From: Chiloscyllium plagiosum
Lineage: Eukaryota
Reading direction: 5' to 3'
Assembly: GCF_004010195.1 (NCBI RefSeq)
Contig: NC_057755.1
Location: forward strand, 1,229,306 to 1,293,305
DNA: 64,000 bases
Shown here in pieces: positions 37,314-50,989 of the stretch. Numbering within the stretch: the first letter of the stretch is position 1; each line of letters starts with the position of its first letter. The notes beneath the pieces were generated by a model. It made no database searches and had not been told where the DNA came from. It saw nothing but the letters and a program-made list of their open reading frames with translations. A program made the position numbers and the translations under genes.

Positions 37314-38409
37314 ACCAACTCAAAAATGAGCTGAGCAACACACGACTCAACTGCTGTTTGTGGAGGTTTCCATGTGTCCTGAAAGATGCAAGAGAAACAG
37401 GCAGATACTGGAAGTTAACCATTACTCAACATTTAGGAGGACTCAATGTGTTCCCAGATTTTACCAGGGATTGAAGAAGTATCGTGAGGAAAAGGTAATT
37501 CTCAGATTATTGTAAGTCTGCACTGAACAATTAAAATTGACCGGCGATCAATTCCTTTTGCTGAAAGAGTTCCAAATCTTGACTCACCCTTTTATGTGTT
37601 GAAGTCAGAAAATACACTATTTTACTGACTCCCCACTGTCCTACGTTGACGACTATCCTCCTCTGTTTTCCCCTTTCACTGAAGAGATTTCCCCTTTTAT
37701 AATGCACTGCCATACTGGTTACAATGCTGCCTATCTCACACTCAGTTATCTTCAGCCCTGTTTAATGACACTGAAACCAATAGACACACAAAGTTCTATG
37801 AAGAGCTTTGTTTAATTGCAGGTACATTATTTTCATTTATTTGGAGACAACATACAACTTGAACACACAGCAGTTCAGTGTGGGATTTGAGAAACCCTTG
37901 ATTTTGTGACGGGCCTAGCCACATAGGATTCTGATCCAATACTGCAAATCTACAGTTCAGTCGCTGAGGTGTTTCAGTTTTTGAATATTTGAGTCTCTCA
38001 GATATTTGGAGCTTGGAATGTAAGGCAGACGTTGCTGGAATGTGACATTGTCTCTCTGCATTCATTGTAAATAGGTTCTGGAATTTGCATTTTAATCACC
38101 TTCAAAGAGCTTCTCCATTTCCTACCTCTGCTAGGATCTATGAATGGAAATGTATTTTGACACATTTGCTGAAATGAGTCAGGCAGATATTCTTAAGTTT
38201 GTCCACAGCCACCATTTTATATTAGCATCGCACTGACATTGACTTTATAAATAGGGAAATGCAAGAGAGACTGGCAACATCTATGCAGTTTGAAAATATT
38301 GAACATTTGTTCCCTAAAAACAACCAAAATTCTCTGACCCTACCAACAATTACAAAGGGAGAATGATAGACTGGGTGAATGGGCAAAACTGTGTGGGATG
38401 AGGTATTGA

Positions 38410-38612
38410 TTAAATCACCCACCTCCCCCATCCTGTCCTCATCAAACACACTCAGGACAGCTCCATGAATGTCCCTGTCCAATTTCTCCATCTGAATCTC
38501 TCAAAGTCTGGGGAGAATGGAGTTAGATACAGAATAAATATCCCTCTACACTGCCCCATCAAACTCCACCAGGACAGGGATAGCATGGGTTAGATACAGA
38601 GTAAAGATGCCT
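38410..38612 (+). repeat. Degenerate minisatellite (ccctctacactg.cccatcaaacact.ccaggacagggacagca.gggttagatacagagtaaag), resuming at 39490-39546 and 40216-40270
   Basis: The same unit is visible on both sides of the CR1 and LTR inserts. Confidence 0.65.
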
Positions 38613-39490
38613 CTGGAATTTTTTGTGGATGTAACTCTGAAGATGGACGAGGGAGATCCAGTACATGTAGTGTACCTGGACTTTCAGAAAGCTTTTGATA
38701 AAGTCCCACATAGGAGGTTAGTGAGCAAAATTAGGGCGCATGGTATTGGGGGCAAAGTACTAACTTGGATTGAAAGTTGGGGTGTTCTTGTACAGCAGTC
38801 AATGAAGGTAAGCATGCAGGTACAGCAGGTAGTGAAGAAGGCTAATAGCATGCTGGCCTTCATAACAAGAGGGATTGAGTATAGAAGCAAAGAGGTGCTT
38901 CTGCAGCTGTACAGGGCCCTGGTGAGACCACACCTGGAGTATTGTGTGCAGTTCTGGTCTCCAAATTTGAGGAAAGACATTCTGGCTATTGAGGGAGTGC
39001 AGCGTAGGTTCACATGGTCAATTCCTGGAATGGTGGGATTACCTTACACTGAAAGACTGGAGCGTCTAGGCTTGTATACCCTTGAGTTTAGAAGACTGAG
39101 AGGGGATCTGATTGAGACATATAAGATTATTAAAGGATTGGACACTCTGGAGGCAGGAAACATGTTTCCGCTGATGGGTGAGTGCCGAACCAGAGGTCAC
39201 AGCTTAAAAATACGGGGTAGACCATTTAGGACAGAGATGAGGAGAAACTTCTTCACCCAGAGAGTGGTGGCTGTGTGGAATGCTCTGCCCCAGAGGGCAG
39301 TGGAGGCACCAGTCTCTGGATCATTTAAGAAAGAGTTGGATAGAGCTCTCAAGGATTGTGGAATTAAGGGTTATGGAGATAAGGCAGGAACAGGATACTG
39401 ATTAAGGATGATCAGCCATGATCATATTGAATGGTGGTGCAGGCTCGAAGGGCAGAATGGCCTACTCCTGCACCTATTGTCTATTGTCTA
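38613..39490 (+). mobile_element. CR1 LINE 3' part with internal deletion
   Basis: ORF 38607-39401: VVYLDFQKAFDKVPH fused directly to the post-RT region (LVRPHLEYCVQFWSP...TRGH); (ctattgt)n tail. Confidence 0.92.
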
Positions 39491-39546
39491 CACTAAACCC
39501 AATAAACACTTCCAGGGAAGGGACAGCACAGAATTACATACAGAAT

Positions 39547-40215
39547 TGTGGGGTATAGGTAAAGTAGTGTTACTTCTGCAATCATAATTACTTGTGCAAG
39601 GTAAATGCATTCACACCAGTGTATAATTGTTTCAACCAAGAGCTGAGTCAACAAGAATGAAAACTTTGTGGAGGAAATATATAATTGTTGTTGTATTAGC
39701 TAAAATGTGCATACAAGAATGAAACATGCCTGCAAACAATGGTAGATGCTACAGACAAATAGATAAGGTGCTGTGAGGATGTAGGTTAAGCCGGATATGC
39801 TTGTACAAGTAGTAGTTATAAGCATCTGTTTCCCACTTTTGTAAAAACACAAAAACAAATCCCAATTAAAAGGTCATAAGGATCAATATGGTTGGGGAAA
39901 GGGAGGAAATGTCACAGGTGGGGGAAGTAGATAATAGTGAAGAAGGATATACCTAACAATGGCCACAGCAGGATGTGGTGAAATAGCCGAGTAAAACTTG
40001 TACTTTGTTTTGCACAAGGCCGGATAAGGCAAGAGATAAACAATAGTAATGGGCACCGGGTTGGGAGTAGTGAATCCTATATAAGATATGTACTTGCTAA
40101 ACTCTGTGTGCCTTACTTCAGGCACCATGCTTGCAAGCGTATAATAAACATACTGATTGCTTCAGATCTTGTCTCGGACTGAAATTATTGAAGTGAGTCA
40201 GCTTTGTTTCTCACA
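39547..40215 (+). mobile_element. Solo LTR, family L-1, with 4-bp TSD
   Basis: TGTGGG...CTCACA; TSD gaat at 39543-39546 and 40216-40219; AATAAA near 40143. Confidence 0.88.
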
Positions 40216-40729
40216 GAATAAAGATGCCTCTACCCTGTCTCAATCATTCCCTCCCTGGTTAGATAAAGCATTGCGTTTGATACATTGTAAGGCTCCCTCA
40301 ATGATATCACAATCAAAAAATTTAATGGCAGATATAATCTGATGAGAGATGCTGATTTAAATTCACTCGTGACTCTCCCCATTCTTATGTACACACACGC
40401 AGAGACACACAGACAGACAACAAAAATGGAAGAACTCCACAAATTCAAAACCAAATTCTTTGTTTGATTCTCTCTGTTCTGTTCTGATTGCCCATTAGAT
40501 TGCTGGCTTTAAACATCCACATGGACCATCGTCCTAATCCCATGTGCTGTGTCCTGCTCCCAAATACAGCGTCTGACTCCAATCTGGAGAGTGATACAGG
40601 AGCCTCTTAGTGTTGGAGGGAGGTAAGTCTTGAGCCTGACCCAGGTGTGTGAATGCCCTGTGTTCATCTGACACCCAGGCATTCTTTAATGGAGTTTTAT
40701 TTGCGTGAGTGAGAGTGTGCGTGCATGTG

Positions 40730-41578
40730 CGACCAGGGCATTGCATTATTAGGTTTAATATGACTTTACTCCAGGACCTATTAAATATTCAATAATCTTG
40801 TCCAGATCCTAGTATACAAATCACAGAAAGCCAATGTGATGGTGTCACCCAATTTCAGAAGTACTTTTGAGACATATTCCCCTCTCCTGTGCTGACAGAA
40901 TTCCTGATCCATAATTAAATCCTTCTCTGTTCCTGCCATGCAGGTTAACATTTTACCATTTTAGTCTGTATTGTTCCTCCTCAGTTTAACATCCAAACAC
41001 CATCGCTTCCCATCTCACTGTATTCCATCTACGGAGGCTAAGAGATGATCTTGTACAAACTGTGAGGGGCTGTTTTAATCTGCAAAATCAGGACAAAAGA
41101 TTCCGAAGGTATCAGCCATCTTAGGTATGTTGACGGCAGCCATTTCATGTTAGCCAGGGCTGACATTGGCTTTACATATAGGGAGAAGCAAGGAAGAGTG
41201 GGGACTTGGGGAGTGTGTGTGTATCTGAGTGCAGTATAGATTCACCAGAATGATAGCTGGACAGCAAGGAGTCACTGGGGCGGGAGGGAAATGATCCAAA
41301 CGCAGTGTTGTGTCCCTGGGATTTAGAAGGATCGGAGGGAATGAAAGTTTTTGAGACAATAATGGAAACCGCTTGGATGTATAGAGAGAAAGGCTTCGTG
41401 ATTCTTCTAAGTCTTGGATGAGAATCAACGTCTAAAACTTTAACAATACTCTGAAACTGTTTCAAGATTAAAATAAAGTTATGAAGCCTCCCATTTCTCT
41501 GTGTGATATTGCACAGACTATGTCTTACTTACCCGCTCACTGAACCTGTCCAACCCCCTTCCCAGCCTTTCTGTATCT
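40730..41578 (+). repeat. Local duplication, copy 2
   Basis: Colinear with 35690-36530. Confidence 0.9.
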
Positions 41579-41585
41579 TTTTTTT

Positions 41586-41885
41586 AAGATTAGATTACAT
41601 TACAGTGTGGAAACAGGCCCTTCGGCCCAACAAGTCCACACTGACCCGCCAAAGCGCAACCCACCCATACCCCTATATTACACTACAGGCAATTTAGCAT
41701 GGCCAATTCACCTAACCTGCGCATCTTTGGACTATGGGAGGAAACCGGAGCACCCGGAGGAAACCCACGCAGACACGGGGAGAACGTGCAAACTCCACAC
41801 AGTCAGTCGCCTGAGGCGGGAATTGAACCCGGGTCTCTGGCGCTGTGAGGCAGCAGTGCTAACCACTGTGCCACCGTGCCACCCA
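41586..41885 (-). mobile_element. HE1 V-SINE
   Basis: Near-exact reverse complement of 23488-23812. Confidence 0.92.
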
Positions 41886-43067
41886 CACGGCATTTTACTG
41901 TCCCACATCAGTTTGTGTTACCAGCAAATGGAACACAGGATCCCATCATCTCAGTCATTCATAGACACTGTGTCCAGTGTACCATAGATAACAGAGAATG
42001 ATTCACTTCCATCTGCTGCTGTACAGCTCGTGTCTGTCTTAGAGTCAGCTCTGAAACATCTCCAAGACCTTCTGATCCTGTCTCTGTGTGTCTCTGGCTC
42101 TGTAACTCTCTCGCTCTGTCTCTGAATCTAGCTTCCCCATTCCCTCAACCACACTGAGTACATTAAAAAAAACTGCTCCATTCCCTGTTACCCTGTTTCA
42201 GATTACACTGAAGACATGGATGTGTTTTATAAATGTCCATCCCTCAATTACATTTTGGGTTTGCAGTGTTAGGCCATGATTTGGGTTAAATCCAGGCCAG
42301 GCCTCTTCCCCCCAAGTGACCGCTGGGTGACCGTTTTGCTCTTTATGACAAACAGAAATCCCACAGGAATTCTGTGAAATTGGCCAACAACAATAAGGAA
42401 GTTTCTCTGAGTGTTTTACTGAGATGACATCAGCAATCCTGTAGACCATGACAGTAAACATTATCTGCTTGTATTCTCAAGTCTACTGCTCTTCCCTGTT
42501 TACTCCATTGGCAATTTGTGCATCATCTGCACATTCCGATGATATGTCATGTTTAATGGAGGGAGATACAGAGTAAAGCTCTCTCTGCACAGTTTACATT
42601 AATGACTCTCATACACCTCCCTCTCTCCCTCTCCCATACGCCATCTCAGTATTGTTCTTCCCCCACCCCCACCCCTCCACATAGACAATCTTGGTTTGGT
42701 TCTTGTGTCTAAATGAACCACGGTGATCTGAAGGGGAGGATGGGATTAAGGTATTGAGCTGGATGATCAGCATTGATCATATTGAATGACAGAGCATGCT
42801 CGAGGGGTTGAATGGCCTACTCCTGCTCCTATTTTCTATGTTTGTATGTGATGTCTCCAGGGTCACTGACCAGACCCACGTTGGATGGGAGAGAAAGCTG
42901 TGGGGACGACCAAAGAGGCTTTGACCTGATATTTGTGTTAAAATTATTTGATAAGGAATGGAGTTTGTGGACAGAAATGATGACAATGGCTTCCATTTTT
43001 TCTTCCGGAATTTAATCAGGCCAGTAGTTCAGTTCAACATGGTTTATTGAACAACATCCTCAGCACG

Positions 43068-43675
43068 CTTGTCTTTACTGGTCAGTGCATCAAGTCTCAG
43101 AGTTGGGAGGTCATGTTGTGGCTGCACAACATTGGCTAGGACACTATTGGAATATTGTGTGCAATTCTTGTCTCCCTGCTACAAGAAGGATGTTGTGAAA
43201 CTTGAAAGGCTTCAGAAGAGATTTTCACGGATGTTGCCAGGGTTAGTGGGTGTGTGTCTGAGGGTTTGAGCTATCGGGAAAGGCTGACTAGTTTGGGGCT
43301 ACTTTTACTGGAGGGTTAGAGGCTGAGGGGTGACCTTATAGAGGTTTATAAAATCATGAAGAGCATGGATAGGGTAAACAGACAAGGTCTTTTCCCTTGG
43401 GTGGGGGAGTCCAAAACTAGAGTGTAAAAGTTTAAAGTGAAAGGGGAAAAGATTTAAAAGGGACCTCAGGGGAAACTTTTCCTGCGGGGGTGTTGTCTGT
43501 CTGTTAAAATTACAACATGTAAAAGGCATCTGGATGGATATTTGAATAGAAAGGGTTTATAGGGAAATGGGCCAAATGGTGGTTAATGGGACTAGTTTTA
43601 TTTTGGATATCTGGTCAGCATGGACGAGATGGACCGAAGGGTCTGTTTCAATGCTGTATGTTTCTACGACTCTGT
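43068..43675 (+). mobile_element. CR1/HER1 3' fragment
   Basis: LEYCVQFLSPCYKKDVVKLERLQKRFSRMLPGL plus 3' UTR. Confidence 0.88.
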
Positions 43676-44450
43676 GACTTTACAACACGCAGCTCCTGTT
43701 TATTGGTCGCGAAGGTTTTAGCCCCACCCTAGGATGCTGCTTATCATTCACCAGGACCTGATCAATGTCTGGAACATGGTCAACTCGCACTGGGTTCTCC
43801 CTCTTTCCCTTTGGGACCTGGGGTGCAGTGCATTGCGTTGGACACGGCCGTCCCTTACGACTGCAGATTGTAGAAGTTCACAGACCAGACCAACTGTTTA
43901 TTCTGAGACATTGTGGAGTCCAAGGACCATGAAAATATCAGTCGTGGCATTTGCAGTCCAGTTTTAGTTGCTTGAAAAACCTTGTGTTTTAGTTTTAGTT
44001 GAACTTCAGCTGCACGTTCCTGACGTTTGGGCACCCGGTGCAGACAAGTGCATGCAGATTGGAGGAGTTCCTCATGGGTCTGCCTATAAACAGGTCCACC
44101 TGTGGTGGGGTTGCGGTGGGGCAGGGGGCCATCTCTGCTGACTGCCTGCTCCTCTTCTGTGGTTACGTTTAAGCCCAGGATTCCTTGGAGAAGGACAAGC
44201 TGAAGCCCAGCTGGACTTTGAATGTCCACCAATGCTCTTGACGCCTTTAGGAATGGAGTGCTGTATTTCCCCCTCAACTCTATTTTGAATTAATTTTCTC
44301 CTTCTCTCCCTCTTCACTTACTAATGTAAGCATTGTCCCTTTTGGGTTATGCTTATTACTATTTCACTCACCACATGGGTGATTTTCCTGGTGGTGGAAA
44401 ATATAGAATAGAATCTTTGCAAAATGATGTCTTTTTACTGGGTCACTATG

Positions 44451-44502
<52 letters not shown>

Positions 44503-44569
44503 ACAGAGCTATGGGTAATTTGGGGAAAGTAGAAGCACTACAGCTGGACCCCCTCTCGGGGCAGTGGTA

Positions 44570-45760
44570 GCCTGGGAGAATCAGATAAAGAGACACAACA
44601 CTAAACAGGAGTGTCAGAGATTCTGCTCACTCAGAGTCAGCTCTGAGGAAGCTGGATCAGTGTCAAGTACTATGCACATGTAAATAAAGGATGATTTGGT
44701 GGTGGGATACCAGCCTCTGTGGAGTTATTTCATTGGCGATAAGAGCAAAACATGTTGCTGAAGAGATTCTCTCACCACAGTTGAGTTGGAGTAAGATTTC
44801 TGCCATCATGCCACTGTTTGGAAAGCTTGATTCGTTCAATCCTGCTGCCGAAGACTGGACCCAGGATGTGGAAAGAATGCTTTTTTTTCCCCGGGAGAAT
44901 AACTTTGGAGCAGACGAAAAACAATTCTCCTGACAGCTTGTGCACCCACAGCTTTTACACTTATTAGAAGCCTAACTTTCCCTGAGGAACCAGATACTAA
45001 AACCTTTCAAGGATTGATGGACTTAGCTAAGGAATATTTTGACCTCAAGCCTCCTCCAATTCTGTGATGCTAACAGTTTTACTCAGCAGTTCAAAACCAA
45101 GGGAATTCATATCAGGATTTTTGATGAGGTTAAGACAGAGACAGAGGCATGCAATTTTAGTTTAATCCTAATTGAGATGCTGAGAGACCGTTAGTCATGA
45201 GGGATTAGTGATGTGAACATGCAAAAACGCTGACAAGCTGAAGCCCAGCTGGACTTTGAATAGGCACTACAATTGGCTTTGTCACTAGAACATACCACTG
45301 GAGTGAAGGCAATTGTATAGCCTCACTCAGGACCCATCCTGAACAGAGGGACGATAGGTCACCCCTCAACAAAACCCCAAAACAAAGTTAAGCCTTGGCC
45401 AAACGGTTAAAATCTTTGAGATTTCAGGCCAGTGGGCCACTGCAGTTGCTGCAGTATGCTGACTCAAGACAGCAAAAGTGTCCCAGTAGGCCTAAACTGA
45501 GTCAGAGAACCCGTAGGCTGGTTTCCAGGAGAGTGCACACCCTGGAAAATCCATCTTCAGTGGGTTGGATCAGTTAAATTGCTGAGCAACATCCAAATCA
45601 GAACCAATCAAAATAAACATCTGGTTGAATGGTCACCCAATCCTAATGAAGTTTGATACCAGCAGGCTAGATCAGTCATTGCAGAACCAGACTTGAATAA
45701 AATTCACTCTGGGCTCCAACCCTTAAGTTTGCCTAAGACTTGCATTGAAAACTATTTAGA
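44570..45760 (+). mobile_element. Gypsy (Mag-like) LTR retrotransposon 5' part: LTR end, PBS, decayed gag and protease
   Basis: AATAAA...ttattTCA then tTGGCGATAAG PBS at 44734; ATG 44808 MPLFGKLDSFNPAAEDWTQ; LIRSLTFPEEPDTKTF; EMLRDR; protease-like PIKINIWLNGHPILMKFDT near 45600. Confidence 0.8.
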
Positions 45761-46237
45761 AAAGAATCACGAGACTGATTTGTTGTGATGAAAGCAACCT
45801 TCTTGTCAAAGTCCAGAGATACTGGACTAGAAATGTTAACTCTTATCTCTCCACAAATGTTTCCAGACGTGTTGAATTTCTGCAGCAATTTCTGTTGTTC
45901 CATGTTCCAACATATGCGTTCCTCTAATTCTGATTGCTTGCACTTATCCAGTCCCTTGCTGCTTTGGGTGTACATGAATGATTTCAACACAAATGTAGGT
46001 TTGAAGAATAACTTTGCAGGTCATATTAAAATTAGTGTAGTAAACAATGGGAACAAAAGCTTTTGACTACATTGCAGTGGCAAATGCAATTTCATCCTAA
46101 ATGACCCATGTAAGGGGCTGCGTTTTGTGAAGATTAACAAGTGAATGCACAACGAATGGTAAAATTTCGGGGAATACAGAGGAGCAGAGGAACATTGGTG
46201 TGCATGAAGTGGGAGAGTGGGTCATGTCGAGTTGATG

Positions 46238-46589
46238 TTTCACTAGCATCCTTACATACAGATGAGGAAGGTCACCACTTCGACTGGGACAACACATACA
46301 CCTAGGACAAGCCAAACAGAGACACGCACAGGAATTCCTAGAAAAATGGCATTCCAACCGGAACTCTTTCAACAACCACGTAGACTTGGATCACATTTAC
46401 CATACCCTGAGAAAAAGAATAGGAAATTACATCACCACAGGAAATGACATCACCAATCCAAGGAAACCTAAACACAAATAGAAACTGGGCCATACCACCA
46501 GTGCTTCAACCAGAGGCTCACGGATGATGTATGGTTACGAAACATCTGAATACAAACCTTCCAGCTCAACGAGCAGACCTACATCCAGA
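46238..46589 (+). mobile_element. Penelope-like 3' fragment inserted in a CR1
   Basis: HTDEEGHHFDWDNT/LGQAKQRHAQEFLEKWHSNRNSFNNHVDLDHIY; degenerate hammerhead cGGATGAtgtatggttacGAAAcatc near 46520. Confidence 0.8.
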
Positions 46590-47000
46590 TTCACCAAGAT
46601 GTTGCCTAGGCTGGAGTGTTTCAGCTTTGAAGAGAGATGAGATAGGCTGGGGTCGTTTTCCTTAGATCAGAGAAGGCAGAGAGAGAACCAGATTGTGGTC
46701 TACAAAATCATGAGGTGTATACATTGGTTGATAGGAAAAATAAACTTTTCTCCTGAGGGTGCAGGAATTGGTACTGAGAAGCAATTTAAAGTAAGGGATA
46801 GGAAATTTAAAGGCAAAGTCTTTCACCAGAGAGTGGTGGGCATCTGGAATTCACTACCTGAAAGGGTGGTAGAGGCTTGAACCTTCAAAGCCAGTTGAAA
46901 GATGTTTAGACGATCACACAGCATCATAGCGTAGAAAACTACAGGTCAAATGCTGAAAAAGGGATTAAGAGTAGACGGATATTTGACTGGCACGATGGTC
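46590..47000 (+). mobile_element. CR1 3' fragment
   Basis: RFTKMLPRLE...FHQRVVGIWNSLPERVVEA. Confidence 0.8.
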
Positions 47001-47009
47001 ACGTTTCTG

Positions 47010-47785
47010 AATTTAATTGAATTTAATTTCTTGTCACATGTATCAAAGCACAGTGAAAAACTTTGTCTTGCAGGCAATACAGGCAGATCATATAATTAAG
47101 TAGCATAGATAAGTAAACAATAGGTAAATAGCAGCAAAAAGACAGGTAAAGGCAAATGTTAAGAGTTTGACAGTCCATTCAGTATTCTAACAACAGTTGA
47201 GGAGAAACTGTTACAAAACAGTTACAAAACCAGCTGGTGCATGTGTTCAGGCTTCTGTACCTCCTACCTGATGGTAGAGGTTGTAGAAAAACATTGCCAG
47301 GGTGGGATGGATCTTTGAGAATGCTGGCGGCCTTTCCTTGACAGCGGGCCTGGTAGATGGATTCTATAGATGGGAGGTTGGCCTTTGTGATTGTCCGGGC
47401 TGAGTTCACCACTCTCTAACTGTCTCCGATCTTAGATGGTACAGTTGCCATACCAGGCAGAATATTCTCAATGGCTCACCTATAAAAGTTGGCAAGGGTA
47501 TTTGCCATCATGCCAAATTTTCTCATCTGCCTGAGGAAGAGGAGACATTGTTGGGCCTTTGTAACCAATGCGTCTACATGTACAGTCCAAGAAAGCTTGT
47601 GGATGACTACTCCCAAGAACTGGACACTGTCCACTCGTTCCACCTCTGTGCTGTTAATGCGTACGGGGGCATGAGTAACATCCTGCTCAAAATCAATAAA
47701 GAGTTCATTGGTTTTGCCGGCATTGGTTGTTCCACCTCCCGTCCGTAGTCTGTTTCATCGCCAAATGAGATTCACCAACTATGTT
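47010..47785 (-). mobile_element. Rex1/Babar-type LINE 3' fragment
   Basis: Minus ORF ...KAASILKDPSHPGNVFLQPLPSGRRYRSL..., the characteristic Rex1/Babar C-terminal motif. Confidence 0.8.
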
Positions 47786-47866
47786 AAACTACCTTAAACT
47801 TGAGGGGGGCGGGGGGGGTGGGGGAAGGGGGGTGNNNNNNNNNNNNNNNNNNNNNNNNNNNNNNNN

Positions 47867-50800
47867 NGAAAGCGACAGGAAGTATGGAGTTAAATGGAAA
47901 GATAAATAGCAGGATAGCATGTGTGCAGGTGGATTTAAGCTTGCGGCTGACTAGGAATTCAGCAAAAAGCAAGGAAGACTTAGGACATCTTATGACTTCC
48001 AATATCTCTAATGATAAGAAAGTTAGCATTAAGGCACTTACCTGAATGCTCGTAGCATTCCTAACAAAGTAGATGAACTAACGGCACAGATCATCGTGAA
48101 TGATTATGATGTGGTAGGCATCACAGAGACGTGGTTGCAGGGGGTTCAGGACTTGCAGTTAAACATCCAAGGATTTACAACTTATCGAAAAGACAGGGAG
48201 GTGGGCAGAGGGGGCGGGGTTGCCTTGTTAGTTAAGAACAAAATTAAAATCTATGGCACTGAATGACATAGGGGCGGATGATGTGGAGTCTGTGTGGGTG
48301 GAATTGAGGAACCACAAAGGCAAAAAAACCGTAACGGAAGTTATGCACAGACTTCCTAACAGTGGTCAGGACCAGGAGTGCAACATGTACCGGGAAATTG
48401 AGAAGGCATGTCAGAAACGCAAGGTCACAGTGATCATGGGGGACTTCAATATGCAGGTGGACTAGGTAAATAATGTTGCCAGTGGATCCAAAGAAAGGGA
48501 ATTCATGGAATGCTTACAGGATGCCTTATTGGAACAGCTTGTCATGGAGCCCACAAGGGAGCAGGCTATTCTGGACTTAGTGCTATGTAATGAACCAGAC
48601 TTTATAAAAGATCTTAAAGTAAGGGAACACTTAGGAAGCAGCCATCATAATATGGTAGAGTTCAGTCTGCAGTTTGAAAGAGAGAAGGCAAAATCGGATG
48701 TAATGGTGTTACAGTTAAATAAAGGTAATTATGAGGGCATGAGAGAGGAACTGACTAAAATCGACTGGAAACAGAGCCTAGCGGGGAAGACAGTAGAGCA
48801 AAAATGGCAGGAGTTTGTGAATATAATTGAGGACACAATACAGAGGTTCATCCCCAAGAAAAGATAGATTATCCGGGGAGGGCTTAGACAGCCATGGCTG
48901 ACAAAGGAAGTCAGGAAATGTATCAAAGAAAAAGAGAGATCCTATAAAGTAGCCAAGAGCACTGGGAAATCAGAAGACTGGGAAGGCTACAAAAACAAAC
49001 AAACAAACAAACAGAGGATAACAAAGAGAGAAATAAGGAAGGAGGGGATCAAATATGAAGGTAGGCTAGCCAGTAATATTAGAAATGATAGTAAAAGTTT
49101 CTTTCAATACATAAGAAACAAATGACAGGCAAAAGTAGACATTGGGCCACTTCTAACTGATGCTGGAAGGCTAGTGATGGGAGATAAGGAAATAGCTGGA
49201 GAACTTAATAAGTACTTTGCGTCAGTCTTCACAGTGAAAGACATGAGTAATATCCCAACAATTAAAGGGAGTTAGGGGTTGAGTTGAGAATGGTTGCCAT
49301 TACAAAAGAGAAAGTGCTAGAAAAGCTAAAAAGGTCTTAAAATTGATAAATCTCCTGGCCCCGATGGGCTACATCCTAGAGTTCTGAGGGAGGTGTCTGA
49401 GGAAATAGCGGAGGCATTGGTTGAGATCTTTCAAAAGTCACTGGAGTCAGGAGAAAATCCCGGATGATTGGAAGATCGCTGTTGTAACCCCCTTGTTCAA
49501 GAAAGGATCAAGACAAAACAAAAAGGAAAATTATAGGCCAATTAACCTCACCTCAGTTGTTGGTAAAATTCTAGAATCCATCGTTAAGGATGAGGTTTCT
49601 AAATTCTTGGAAGAGCAGGGTCGGATTAGAACAAGTCAACATGGATTTAGTAAGGGGAGGTCGTGCCTGACAAACCTGTTAGAATTCTTTGAAGAGGTGA
49701 CAAGTAGGTTAGACCAGGGAAACCCAGTGGATGTGGTCTATCTAGGCTTCTAAAAGGCCACACGGGAGGCTGCTGAGGAAGGTGAGGGCCCATGGTGTTC
49801 AAGGTGAGCTACTGGCATGGATTGAGGATTGGCTGTCTGACAGAAGGCAGAGAGTTGGGATAAAAGGTTCTTTTTCAGAATGGCAGCCGGTGACAAGCGG
49901 TGTCCCGCAGGGTTCAGTGTTGGGGCCGCAGCTGTTCACATTCCATATTAGTGATCTGGATAAAGGGTCTGGGAGCATTCTAGCGAAGTTTGCCAATGAT
50001 GGGAAGTTAGGTGGACAGACAGGTAGTACTGAGGAAGTGGGGAGGCTGCAGAAGGATCTAGGCAGTTTGGGAGTGGTCCAGGAAATGGCTGATGAAATTC
50101 AATGTGAGCAAATGCGAGGTCTTGCACTTTGGAAAAAAAGAATACAAGCATGGACTACTTTCTAAACGGTGAGAAAATTCATAAAGCCAAAGTACAAAGG
50201 GATCTGGGAGTGCTAGTTGAGGATTCTCTAAAGGTAAACGTGCAGGTTGAGTCCGTGATTAAGAAAGCGAATGCAATGTTGTCATTTATCTCAAGAGGGT
50301 TGGAATATAAAAGCAGCGATGTGCTACTGAGACTTCATAAAGCTCTGGTTCGGCCCCATTTGGAGTAGTGTCCAGTTTTGGGCCCCACACCTCAGAAGGA
50401 CATACTGGCACTGGAGCGTGTCCAGCGGAGATTCACACAGACGATCCCTGGAATGGCAGCTCGAACATAAGAGGAACAGCTAAGGATCCTTGGATTGTAT
50501 TCTTTGGAGTTTAGAAGGTTAAGGGGAGATCTAATAGAAATTTACAAGATAATACATGGCTTGGAAAGGGTGGATGCTAGGGAGTTGTTTCCGTTAGACG
50601 AGGAGACTAGGACCCGTGGGCACAGCCTTAATTAGAGGGGGTCAATTCAGAACAGAAATGCGGAGACATTTCTTCAGCCAGAGAGTTTGGGCCTGTGGAG
50701 TTCATTGCCGCGGAGTGCAATGGTGGCCGGGACGCTAAATCTCTTCAAGGCAGAGATTGATAAATTCTTGACATCACGAGGAATTAAGGGCTACAGGGAG

Positions 50801-50905
50801 AATGCGGGTAAGTGGAATTGAAATACCATCAGCCATGATTAAATGGCGGAGTGGACTCAATGGGCCGAATGGCCTTACTTCTACTCCTACGTCTTATGGT
50901 CTTAT
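47867..50905 (+). mobile_element. CR1 LINE, nearly complete but disrupted ORF2 (APE + RT)
   Basis: YLNARSIPNK, GITETWL, VIMGDFN, ILDLVLCN, SQHGFSKGRSCLTNL, GVPQGSVLGP and KFAND; (tcttatgg) tail. Confidence 0.95.
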
Positions 50906-50989
50906 AGAGACTAAAATAATTGTTATTTACTTAGTTGATCCTCTCTCCGTTCTGTCGAAGATATTCTTCTCATCAACCTGTTCAGAGAT

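Noticed and set aside
38607..39401. 264-aa ORF as a functional gene
   Set aside because: CR1 ORF2 remnant lacking the catalytic RT core through an internal deletion
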